Notes under the pieces: model-generated
Database searches by the model: none
What the model saw: only the letters and a program-made list of their open reading frames with translations
Told to the model about the DNA's origin: nothing
Translations under genes and position numbers: made by a program
Origin: Chryseobacterium gleum
Lineage (GTDB): Bacteria > Bacteroidota > Bacteroidia > UBA10329
Length of the DNA: 64,000 bases
Assembly (NCBI GenBank): GCA_945903645.1
Contig: CAMDOM010000001.1
Span: forward strand, 118,491 to 182,490
Direction of reading: 5' to 3'
Part shown: positions 29,404 to 38,019 of the stretch, in pieces
Layout: each line of letters starts with the position of its first letter
Position numbering within the stretch: the first letter of the stretch is position 1

Positions 29404-29860
29404 TTTGATTGTTTAATGCTGAGATAAATGCAGCGATTATCGCCTACAAAAGTAAGGAAGCCGATTGAAGCATTGACGAGAATTGATTGACGATTGTGGA
29501 AGCAGAAATGCAGTTGAGAAAAGGCGGTGGATTATTAAATATCCATGTCGCAAACTCACTGAATTGTTCTTTCAATACTGCCAAGGATTTTTAATCAAGT
29601 TCTTCCAATACCAAAGTAGGCATCGCCACACAAAACTGCGTTGTTCAGGTTGTCAGCTCTTTGTGCTTCTGGCAATGGTTCAGGTTTTATATAGACATGT
29701 CTTTACAGGCTGTACCTTTTTAGGAAAGACGATGTGGCATTACGGAGAACAAGAACAACATTGGTGGTTAGGAAGCTACCGAATAATAAGCCCTAGGTAA
29801 AGACCCTAAATCCAGCTTCGGGCACGCTCGCTCGGGTGGATCTGTATAAGTCCATTTTTA

Positions 29861-30790
29861 TCACTTACTTAAATTTTTTTCAAGTTGGTCTACAAGTTTC
29901 TTTACACCGAGCTTTGTGTTTAATGTTAAACCCGCTTTTAACCAGTTGAGGGCCTTTTCATCTTGTTTTAGGTCAGCATAAATTTCACCAATTGAACGAT
30001 AATAGTTTGCAATGGTTGATTCACTCAAATCATACTTTTCCGAAAGAATCTTTTCAAAAGTGCTATCCATTTTGCTCAATTGGGTCGCTTTGTAATACGC
30101 GTTTCCCAATGCAAATAGAGTATCTATTCTAGCGTAATTGAACAGATTATTCTTTTCAAGTATCTCGCTGATAAGTTTTTCTTCAAACTGAAAGTCAAAA
30201 AAGTTGTTTTTAACTTTTCTTGCAAGATTTACAGTGCAAAAATTTAAAGCTGGGTAATAGGATTTTATTTTTTCCGCACCATTTTGATTTGTGTCGGAAG
30301 GTCTTTCTGATATTTTGGCAATGCCATCGCTTTCAAGTTTTGTAACAATAAAAGACTTAAAAAGAAGGGTGTTTGTAAATAGGGGAATAAGTGAATTCCC
30401 TGAATTAGAATTATAGTCAGCGAGTTTTTTTTGGACCGCGACATAGTCCATGTTGTCTTTAATTTCTAATTCAGAAATAATCATTTTGATTGTTTCAATA
30501 TATTCTGATTTTGCTTCATCATTTTTGAAGTGAACTAAATCAATATAAGTATAGTCAAAGCCGGCAAATCTGCTTTGAACAGTTATTTGCGTTGCACTGT
30601 TGGACTGATTAGTCTTTTCGCTTGGGACACCAATCTCTGGAGTTTCGGCTACTTTATTCTCCGTTTTATTTTGAAATATTTTTTTCAGCCAATTCATTTT
30701 AGCGTGTTCATTTAATGTGTACCAGCTTATTAAAACTGTTTCTAAACAATCAATGGCCTGCCGTTGCTTGGCAATAAGTTGGTGAAGCAA
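29861..30790 (-). CDS. hypothetical protein in a low-GC island
   Basis: 309-aa ORF with no recognisable motifs. Local GC is about 35% against about 48% in the flanks. Lys/Asn-rich. Confidence 0.45.
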   Translation of the reverse strand: MLHQLIAKQRQAIDCLETVLISWYTLNEHAKMNWLKKIFQNKTENKVAETPEIGVPSEKTNQSNSATQITVQSRFAGFDYTYIDLVHFKNDEAKSEYIETIKMIISELEIKDNMDYVAVQKKLADYNSNSGNSLIPLFTNTLLFKSFIVTKLESDGIAKISERPSDTNQNGAEKIKSYYPALNFCTVNLARKVKNNFFDFQFEEKLISEILEKNNLFNYARIDTLFALGNAYYKATQLSKMDSTFEKILSEKYDLSESTIANYYRSIGEIYADLKQDEKALNWLKAGLTLNTKLGVKKLVDQLEKNLSK

Positions 30791-30872
30791 CTCTACTTGT
30801 GTTTGCTCTTGCTTAATCGCGTTGTCTTTTTGCCCCTCGCTCGGGTAGGCTGGTCAGAAAGAAGTGACAATT

Positions 30873-31604
30873 TTACCAGTCATCTTGGGGCTTTGTTCTT
30901 ACAAATTTTTCAAGTGAAGCTATAAGTCCTTTCACGTCTAAATCTATTTGGGCCCGAATCTTATTACAATTCTCTTCACGCCACGTGTTCCATGTTTCAA
31001 GAGGTGCATCGACATTGTTTGCAGGCATACCTCCTGCGGCAGGGACGTAAAATTTCACTTTAAAATCTGTAATCTCATATTTGTATCTTCCATCTTTAAC
31101 CTGAATCTTGATTGTTTCATGAATATTAATTCCAATTCCACTATAAAATGTTGATTGCCAGTATGTTTCAAAAAATCCTTTACCGATAATCTCACCATTT
31201 TCCTTATCATCCAGTTGAATTACATCCTTACCAGAATTATACGTCTCAATGAACCAACGCTTTGTTCTTTTATATAGTTCTTCTGAACTTAGACCATCTA
31301 TTTGTACCACACCTCCATAGGTGATTTTTCCATCAACAAGTGGGAGCTGTAGCAGGTTGCCTAACTTTCTAAAACGATCAAAGCATTCAGGTGCTTTTAT
31401 TCCATCTATGCTTTCAATAATACTTTCATCAACAGTAGACACACGACCACTTTCTAATTCTATCCTCCACTTTGTTTCCTCATGTCCTAGAATCTTGCAC
31501 TTAGTTTCTGCACCAGAAGTTGTTTTAACAAGAACTAATGCCGCATTTTGGGCATAGCAAGTGGTAGCAGCAAAAATTAATAAACTTAAGAAAAGTGTTT
31601 TCAA
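30873..31604 (-). CDS. hypothetical secreted protein in a low-GC island, possibly DUF4468-like
   Basis: Signal peptide MKTLFLSLLIFAATTCYAQ. Size is 243 aa. Local GC is about 37%. The family assignment is tentative. Confidence 0.4.
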   Translation of the reverse strand: MKTLFLSLLIFAATTCYAQNAALVLVKTTSGAETKCKILGHEETKWRIELESGRVSTVDESIIESIDGIKAPECFDRFRKLGNLLQLPLVDGKITYGGVVQIDGLSSEELYKRTKRWFIETYNSGKDVIQLDDKENGEIIGKGFFETYWQSTFYSGIGINIHETIKIQVKDGRYKYEITDFKVKFYVPAAGGMPANNVDAPLETWNTWREENCNKIRAQIDLDVKGLIASLEKFVRTKPQDDW

Positions 31605-31958
31605 AACGCGAGATTGTTTTTTTGTTCAAAAGTAAGTAACCATCAAACCTAAAACGCGACTTAAAAGAATAATGAAAGAACAAAAGCCCGAATTGGAAAC
31701 CAGTTCATTAACCAAAAAGAACTTCGTGCGTGTCTATTTACTCAAAATGACGGTGGGCAACATCATTTTGGTAGAGGCTCATGATTGGACGTGGAAAACT
31801 CCCTCATCTGCGTGCCTGTGTCTTAGTGTGGAGGAACAAACCAATTGGAAGTTTGATTGCGAAAAGGTGCTAACCCCACTGCGGGTTGGGTGATTACTCG
31901 CGTGAAGTAAAACGCAAGTAATAATACCAAGAGCAAAACTTCCAACTTTTTCCTGAGC

Positions 31959-31993
31959 CAAGGCCATTTTAATCGGGTGGCCTTTTTTGTTTT
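31959..31993 (+). terminator. rho-independent terminator on the plus strand in a minus-strand gene neighbourhood
   Basis: aaggcca-ttttaatcggg-tggcctt is a 7-bp stem, followed by ttttttgtttt. No annotated plus-strand gene ends here except a 73-aa sORF (31672..31893). Confidence 0.55.
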
Positions 31994-32022
31994 ATGTAGC
32001 AACCCAGATGCTTCACCAAGCA

Positions 32023-33348
32023 TCAAAACGTCCTTCCAATTCCCAGCACCCAGCGCCATTGCCAAGGTTCGGGTTGCAGAGCAGCTTGGCGGCTTAGGTA
32101 AAGCGGCATATCGAAGCGAATGGTGAGGGGTTTTAGTTTTTCAATCGGCCCCCATTGTTTTATGGTGAGGGCAATGCCAAGGCCAGCATCGGCACGCGGC
32201 ATAGCAAATTGGGGCGAGGTGCCATCGGCATTCACGCTCAGTATGCCCAAATCGCCAAACAGGTAGGTGTTGAGCCGCAGGTACTTGCGCGCAGGCCATT
32301 TATCGCTACCCAAAAGGCGGTCAAAATCTAGCTCGGCACTAACAGATGCTCCATTGCTGCCGCTGTAGGCCAATAGCTGTTGGTCGCCAAGCTGCTCGGG
32401 CGAGAGATAGCCCGCATAGCCCCGCAAATTAAGCCCTCCACCATGATGAAAATGATTTGTTACCAAACCATACGTTCCCCAACTGGCAGGGAAAATGCCC
32501 GCAGCACGGGTAAACTTATTGTCCATCATTTCCTCGGGCGAGGCTTTGTCTACAAACAGCGAAGATTCGGCCCCCCAATTGGTGCCATAGCCCAATTGCA
32601 AAAACACCCGTGAATGCAGGGTAAGCAACCACATATCGGTGTGGTTTGCAGCCGTGGCTCGCAGGTAATGGTAGTTGGTTTGGCTGCCCAATGCACTGCT
32701 GCGTAGGGATACATTCACAGTTCCAGTTCCGTTGGTGTAGGCATAGCGGTGGTCGAAGGTGAGGTTGAAGGAATTGTTCCATTGACCCGCGTCCCAATTT
32801 TGGCGGTCGAGTAAATAGGGGATGCCGTTGGTTGCACTTCGAATCATCGACTTGAAATAGAACCCATAGGTGGTGGTGCGCTTGGCATTTTGCTTTTCTA
32901 GCTCAATTTGATAGCCATACAAACCATCGAGTGCACGACCCGAAAGGGCAATGTCGAAGTTTTTCCAAAGCTTGGAAAGGCTTGTTCTATAATCGGCCAT
33001 AAAGGAAACAGGCATGAACCCCCGCGTGTTGGTGCCTTTGGGCAAGCCATATTGTCCCACTCCCGAATTTCCCCAGGCGTACACATTAAACACATGGTGG
33101 GTGGCGCTTTTTCCACCGCGCAAATGAATCCCAAATTTGAGCCCATCGTAGGCATTATACCACAAGTCGGGACTGGCCTCTAGCACATAGCGCAACGAAT
33201 CGGGGTTGGGCGTTGGCGTGTTGGGGTAATACATAAATCTCACACTGATGTTGGCCGAGCTGGTGTCTAATGCTTCAATGGAATCTTGGGCAAAAACAGC
33301 CCACGGAAGTCCAACAATAAGTAGCACTATCCACAAAACTCGACTCAT
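32023..33348 (-). CDS. putative outer-membrane beta-barrel protein
   Basis: Signal peptide. Size is 441 aa. Alternating aromatic/Gly beta-strand-like segments. It ends in ...GIGRTF, the C-terminal Phe typical of OMP barrels. No specific family recognised. Confidence 0.4.
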   Translation of the reverse strand: MSRVLWIVLLIVGLPWAVFAQDSIEALDTSSANISVRFMYYPNTPTPNPDSLRYVLEASPDLWYNAYDGLKFGIHLRGGKSATHHVFNVYAWGNSGVGQYGLPKGTNTRGFMPVSFMADYRTSLSKLWKNFDIALSGRALDGLYGYQIELEKQNAKRTTTYGFYFKSMIRSATNGIPYLLDRQNWDAGQWNNSFNLTFDHRYAYTNGTGTVNVSLRSSALGSQTNYHYLRATAANHTDMWLLTLHSRVFLQLGYGTNWGAESSLFVDKASPEEMMDNKFTRAAGIFPASWGTYGLVTNHFHHGGGLNLRGYAGYLSPEQLGDQQLLAYSGSNGASVSAELDFDRLLGSDKWPARKYLRLNTYLFGDLGILSVNADGTSPQFAMPRADAGLGIALTIKQWGPIEKLKPLTIRFDMPLYLSRQAALQPEPWQWRWVLGIGRTF

Positions 33349-34340
33349 GCTTTTTCGGGGTCACCTTGCACAATGGCTTTCTCGAGTGATAGGCCCAGCG
33401 TGGTTTTGCTGTCTTGTTTGCCCATGCGATTTGCTTTTTCAATACTGGCATTAAGTTCGAAACCTATGAGCAATACTGTGGAGTTGATAAGCATCCACAG
33501 CATTACCACCAGCAAGGTGCCAATAGAGCCATAAAGCGTATTGTAGGTGCCGAAATTTTCCACGAAAAAGCGAAAAACAAGCGATGTGGAAATGAAAAGA
33601 ACCGTTGCCAAAGTGCCGCCAGCACTAAAAAGTCGCCACTTGGTGGTTTTGGCAGGGCCAAAGGAATACAATACGGAAAGCCCAAAGAAAATGAGCAGCA
33701 GAATGGCGCACCACCGCGTTATGTGCAGGGCAATAAGCACGCCCAATCCTCTTATGTAGCCCGTAGATTCCCAAAACGAAAGGCCCACCTGCCCAAAAAG
33801 AATAAGCCCAATGGTAATAATGGTAATGAACACCAACACCAACATAATGGCCAGCGCAATGCCCCGTTGTGCAATAAACGGGCGTTTTTCCATGGTGTGA
33901 TACGTGGCATTGAAGCTGTCTATAAGCGAACTGATGCCATTGGTAGAGAAATACAAAGCCGAAATAACGGTGAGCGAAAGGAGTCCACCGCGCTGTTGGG
34001 TAATGACATCTTCGAAGGTTTCGCGCACCACTTTATAGGTGTCGGAAGGCAAAAACTCTTGCATAAGATTGAGCAATTGCTCTTGAAATCCGGCATAAGG
34101 AATGTAGGCCAGCAGCGTGAACAAGAATATTATTGCTGGAAAAATGGCCAGAATAAAATTGAACGCCACCGAAGATGCGCGGATATTGAGCGAGCCTTTT
34201 TGAATACCGAGAATGAAAAAGGTGAGTACATCATAGAGCGGAATGCCATCGAATCCGGGAAGGCGCACCTGCTTGCTAAAAGCAATAAGGCCGCTAATAA
34301 TGGGCAAATGCAAAAAACGTACAATCCACCTACGCACCAT
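33345..34340 (-). CDS. YihY/BrkB-family inner-membrane protein
   Basis: Six predicted TM helices. The overall YihY pattern (…AFNFILAIFPAIIFLFTLLAYIP…) and a C-terminal hydrophilic tail. 4-bp overlap with the upstream gene. Confidence 0.75.
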   Translation of the reverse strand: MVRRWIVRFLHLPIISGLIAFSKQVRLPGFDGIPLYDVLTFFILGIQKGSLNIRASSVAFNFILAIFPAIIFLFTLLAYIPYAGFQEQLLNLMQEFLPSDTYKVVRETFEDVITQQRGGLLSLTVISALYFSTNGISSLIDSFNATYHTMEKRPFIAQRGIALAIMLVLVFITIITIGLILFGQVGLSFWESTGYIRGLGVLIALHITRWCAILLLIFFGLSVLYSFGPAKTTKWRLFSAGGTLATVLFISTSLVFRFFVENFGTYNTLYGSIGTLLVVMLWMLINSTVLLIGFELNASIEKANRMGKQDSKTTLGLSLEKAIVQGDPEKA

Positions 34341-34341
34341 T

Positions 34342-35175
34342 TTAGAATGCTTTGAGACTCAAATCGAGGCTCTTGATGTTGTGCGTTAGCGCCCCAACAG
34401 AGATGTAATTCACGCCAGTTAGGGCATGGCTTTTTATAGTGGCCTCTGTTATTCCTCCAGACGACTCGGTTTCGTACGCTCCGTTAATGCGTTTTACTGC
34501 AACGGCAAGTAATTCGGGGGAAAAATTATCCAGCATTATGCGATGAAATCCACCAAGACTCAAGGCTTCTTCCAGTTCGTCCATAGAACGCACTTCAACC
34601 TCAATGCGCAAGTCTTTGTTTATGGCAAGTAGATGTGTTCTAACGCGGTGTAGGGCATTTTCCAATCCGCCCGCCATGTCAATATGGTTGTCTTTTATCA
34701 TTACCATATCATATAAACCAAAGCGATGGTTGTGGCCTCCACCCAATTTAACAGCTATTTTTTCCACTTCACGAAGCAATGGCGTAGTTTTTCGGGTATC
34801 CAGTAGCTTGGTATTCGTGCCTTCAATGAGGCGACACAACTGGCGCGTTCGGGTGGCAATGCCGCTCATGCGCTGCATAAAATTGAGTACCAAGCGTTCA
34901 GCTTTCAGTATGGAACGCGAGCTGCCTTTTACGGTTAGCACAATATCTCCAATATGAATATCGGAGCCATCTGCAATAAAAGTTGTAACCACCAGGTTGC
35001 TATCCACCCGATTGAAAATGCGCAGAGCAAGGTCAACCCCTGCGACTACGCCATCTTCTTTCACCAAAAGTTTAGCTTTTCCGAGCGCATCTTTAGGAAT
35101 ACAGGCATCAGAGGTATGGTCTCCATCGCCAATATCCTCGCGAAGCGCCTCGTCAATAATCTGATCGAGGGTCAT
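34342..35175 (-). CDS. nadC: nicotinate-nucleotide diphosphorylase (carboxylating), quinolinate phosphoribosyltransferase
   Basis: Size is 277 aa. Conserved blocks ...RIMLDNFSPE... and a C-terminal GGI...G. N-terminus DIGDGDHT. Confidence 0.85.
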   Translation of the reverse strand: MTLDQIIDEALREDIGDGDHTSDACIPKDALGKAKLLVKEDGVVAGVDLALRIFNRVDSNLVVTTFIADGSDIHIGDIVLTVKGSSRSILKAERLVLNFMQRMSGIATRTRQLCRLIEGTNTKLLDTRKTTPLLREVEKIAVKLGGGHNHRFGLYDMVMIKDNHIDMAGGLENALHRVRTHLLAINKDLRIEVEVRSMDELEEALSLGGFHRIMLDNFSPELLAVAVKRINGAYETESSGGITEATIKSHALTGVNYISVGALTHNIKSLDLSLKAF

Positions 35176-35178
35176 GGG

Positions 35179-35568
35179 TTATTCGCTTACTTCGAAACGC
35201 AGTTGTTGAATTTTGGCTTTATCGCCTTCGCCTTTGGTAAGCACATAGGTTCTATATGTACCCGAGGAGGTCACTAGGCTACCAATAACGTATTGCGCAC
35301 CATCGCGCGATTTGCCACGGTGAATGACCTGATAGCCCGACACTTTATTTTTCTCGAAGAAGTTTTTGATGATAACCTCGGCTTGCGACTTGCTGTAGCT
35401 GTTCTCTTTGCTGAGTACAGCCATATCCACTTTTGCATCGAGGTGGCGCGACACATCTTTGAAACTGCCAATGCGTATGGCATTAGCAATGCTTTCGTCT
35501 ACCGATTGGGCAAATGACGCTGCGGTGATTAGAATGGAAAGAAAAAAAGTGGTGAGGAGATGTTTCAT
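35179..35568 (-). CDS. DUF4783-family secreted protein
   Basis: Signal peptide. Size is 129 aa. The pattern matches DUF4783, which is frequently next to nadC in Bacteroidota. Confidence 0.5.
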   Translation of the reverse strand: MKHLLTTFFLSILITAASFAQSVDESIANAIRIGSFKDVSRHLDAKVDMAVLSKENSYSKSQAEVIIKNFFEKNKVSGYQVIHRGKSRDGAQYVIGSLVTSSGTYRTYVLTKGEGDKAKIQQLRFEVSE

Positions 35569-35739
35569 GGTGTAAAGTTCAGCGCATTATTCAACAATCA
35601 AGCCACAAATAGCCTTTTAACGTTGGACAAAGTAAGGGCTAAAATAGATGCGGACGCGCTGCAATTGGGTAAATGTCCATTTTTGAAGCAACCGACATAC
35701 CCAATTTCCTAGCCAAAATCAATTTGAGTTGCCGAATTC

Positions 35740-35770
35740 TTGCGGAACATAAATATCCCCCGTAAGTTTG
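35740..35770 (+). promoter_or_regulatory. Bacteroidetes-type sigmaA promoter candidate (-33 TTG, -7 TAnnTTTG)
   Basis: TTG at 35740-42. Exact TAagTTTG at 35763-70, a 20-nt spacer. It lies 22 nt upstream of the ATG at 35793. Confidence 0.4.
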
Positions 35771-35792
35771 GACATTGACAATAGAATAACGC

Positions 35793-37604
35793 ATGGAACC
35801 AAATAAGCTACTGGAAATACGCAATCTTGTCACCGAATTTCGCACCGAAGGCAAGGTGCTAAAGGCCGTGAACGACATCAGTTTTACTCTAAACAGGGGC
35901 GAAACAATTGGCATAGTGGGAGAATCGGGTTCGGGCAAATCGGTGACTTCCCTTTCGGTAATGCGGTTAATTCCAAATCCACCGGGAAAGATTTCTGGGG
36001 GCGAATTGCTGTTTCATTCGGACACACGCGGCACTATCGACTTGTTGAAACTTTCGGAAAGCGAAATGCGCGCCATTCGTGGCAACGACATCGCCATGAT
36101 TTTTCAGGAGCCAATGACTTCCTTAAATCCTGTGTTTACTTGCGGAAATCAGGTAATGGAAGCTATTCTTTTGCACCAAAAGGTGTCGAAGAAAGAGGCC
36201 AAAGAAAAAACCATTGCGCTGTTCAAAATTGTTCAACTGCCCCGCCCTGAGGCTATTTTCGATTCGTATCCCCACCAAATATCAGGTGGACAAAAGCAAC
36301 GGGTAATGATTGCAATGGCCATGAGTTGCAATCCAAGTATTTTGATTGCTGACGAGCCCACTACCGCACTTGATGTGACGGTGCAACAAACCATTTTGGA
36401 CTTGATGCTGAAACTGCAGCAAGAGAATGACATGGGCATTCTGTTCATAACTCACGACTTGGGTGTGATAGCCGAATTGGCAGACAAAGTGGTGGTGATG
36501 TATAAGGGTAAGATTGTGGAGCAAGGCCCTGTGTTGGAGATATTTCAAAACCCAAAACATCCCTACACCAAAGGATTGTTGGCGTGCAGACCCCCATTGG
36601 AAGTGCGTTTAAAGCGGTTGCCAGTGGTTTCTGATTTTATGGATTTGGATGCAGAAGGCAACATTCGCGAAATTGACCAAAGCATAGCAGATGTGCGCAA
36701 TAATGCCATTGAAACAGACGCAGAGCGAAAGTTGGCTCACGAAAAATTGTATGCCCAAGAGCCCATTCTACGCATCAAAAATCTGAAAACGTATTTTCCT
36801 ATGAAGGCCAACTTCTTTGGAAAAACAACCGATTGGGTGAAAGCCGTGGATGATGTGACCTTTGATGTGTATCCAGGCGAAACATTGGGTTTGGTGGGCG
36901 AAAGCGGCTGCGGAAAAACAACCTTGGGCCGTACTGTGCTGCGGTTGATTGAACCCACAGGAGGCGAAGTTATTTTTAACGGGCATCCGTTGCATAGCAT
37001 GACTCCCACAGAACTGCGCGCCATTCGCAAGGACATTCAAATCATTTTTCAAGACCCTTATTCATCGCTCAATCCGCGCATTACGGTGGGCGATGCTATA
37101 ATGGAACCCATGCAAGTGCATAAGCTCTATGCTGATGATGCCGAGCGCAAAGCCAAAGTGATTGAACTACTGGAACGCGTAAATCTTTTGCCGGAGCATT
37201 TTTACCGCTATCCGCATGAGTTTTCGGGAGGTCAGCGGCAGCGTATCTGCATAGCGCGGGCGTTGGCACTTCGTCCCAAGTTTATTATTTGCGATGAAAG
37301 TGTATCTGCGCTAGATGTTTCGGTGCAGGCGCAAGTGCTAAATCTATTGAACGAACTGAAGCGCGACTTCAATTTTACCTACATCTTCATTAGCCACGAT
37401 TTGAGCGTGGTGAAGTTTATGAGCGACCGTATGGTGGTGATGAATCAAGGGCGTATTGAAGAAATGGGCGATGCCGACCAAATCTATTCCCATCCCAAAA
37501 CGGAGTACACCAAAAAACTCATTGCTGCCATTCCCAAAGGCCGACTGGAGGATATTATTGCCTCCATCAAACTGAAGCAGGACTACAAGAAAGAGTTGGC
37601 TTAG
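35793..37604 (+). CDS. ABC transporter ATP-binding protein with duplicated ATPase domains (YejF/GsiA/DppDF-like)
   Basis: Two complete ABC cassettes: GESGSGKS...[13 protein letters not shown]...ADEPTTALD and GESGCGKTT...[13 protein letters not shown]...CDESVSALD. Oligopeptide-type C-terminal extensions. Confidence 0.9.
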   Translation: MEPNKLLEIRNLVTEFRTEGKVLKAVNDISFTLNRGETIGIVGESGSGKSVTSLSVMRLIPNPPGKISGGELLFHSDTRGTIDLLKLSESEMRAIRGNDIAMIFQEPMTSLNPVFTCGNQVMEAILLHQKVSKKEAKEKTIALFKIVQLPRPEAIFDSYPHQISGGQKQRVMIAMAMSCNPSILIADEPTTALDVTVQQTILDLMLKLQQENDMGILFITHDLGVIAELADKVVVMYKGKIVEQGPVLEIFQNPKHPYTKGLLACRPPLEVRLKRLPVVSDFMDLDAEGNIREIDQSIADVRNNAIETDAERKLAHEKLYAQEPILRIKNLKTYFPMKANFFGKTTDWVKAVDDVTFDVYPGETLGLVGESGCGKTTLGRTVLRLIEPTGGEVIFNGHPLHSMTPTELRAIRKDIQIIFQDPYSSLNPRITVGDAIMEPMQVHKLYADDAERKAKVIELLERVNLLPEHFYRYPHEFSGGQRQRICIARALALRPKFIICDESVSALDVSVQAQVLNLLNELKRDFNFTYIFISHDLSVVKFMSDRMVVMNQGRIEEMGDADQIYSHPKTEYTKKLIAAIPKGRLEDIIASIKLKQDYKKELA

Positions 37605-37612
37605 GCCAAAAT

Positions 37613-37826
37613 TATTCTCCCGTAATCACCAGTTTGGTGGTTTGTACATCACTATCGGTAGCTACTCGCACGAGGTAATTGCCGTTGGCAATACCGCTGA
37701 CGAGCACCAAGTTTGGTAGGGCGGTCATGGAATGCTCCCAAACCTTATAAAGCACCATCCCACAATCGTTATTTATGGGGTTGTTCGCAGCATCATTCCA
37801 TAATGCGAGAATTTGCCAAAACTAGA
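37613..37826 (-). pseudogene. orphan T9SS C-terminal sorting-domain fragment
   Basis: Reverse translation gives ...MVLYKVWEHSMTALPNLVLVSGIANGNYLVRVATDSDVQTTKLVITGE then a stop. This is a Por_Secre_tail-like C-terminal domain with no upstream cargo domain. Confidence 0.4.
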
Positions 37827-38019
37827 ATAGTAGGTTGGAATTGCTCCGGGAAAAAGGATTGGGTTTGGGCGAGCCATGAGGGTAAGCGTTTAACCCCATG
37901 GTAGAGCCCGCAGAAATAGTAAGAAATCAAAAAAGATGAAAGCACTTCATTTGCATACTTTTAGACGGTTCTAAAGTATAACGCTTGGAACCAACAGAGT
38001 TTGACTTTTTTACTTAATC

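Noticed and set aside
29483-29800. 105-aa plus-strand ORF upstream of lpdA
   Set aside because: Cys/Gln/Phe-rich sequence with no motif. It lies in the lpdA promoter/spacer region and is likely spurious.
31672-31893. 73-aa sORF called as a confident CDS
   Set aside because: It is kept only as a finding. No family is recognisable, it lies in an AT-rich intergenic region, and the evidence is limited to the downstream terminator.
33414-34355. 313-aa plus-strand ORF rich in His/Asn/Gln/Lys
   Set aside because: It lies entirely antisense to the well-supported YihY/BrkB membrane protein gene and has low-complexity composition.
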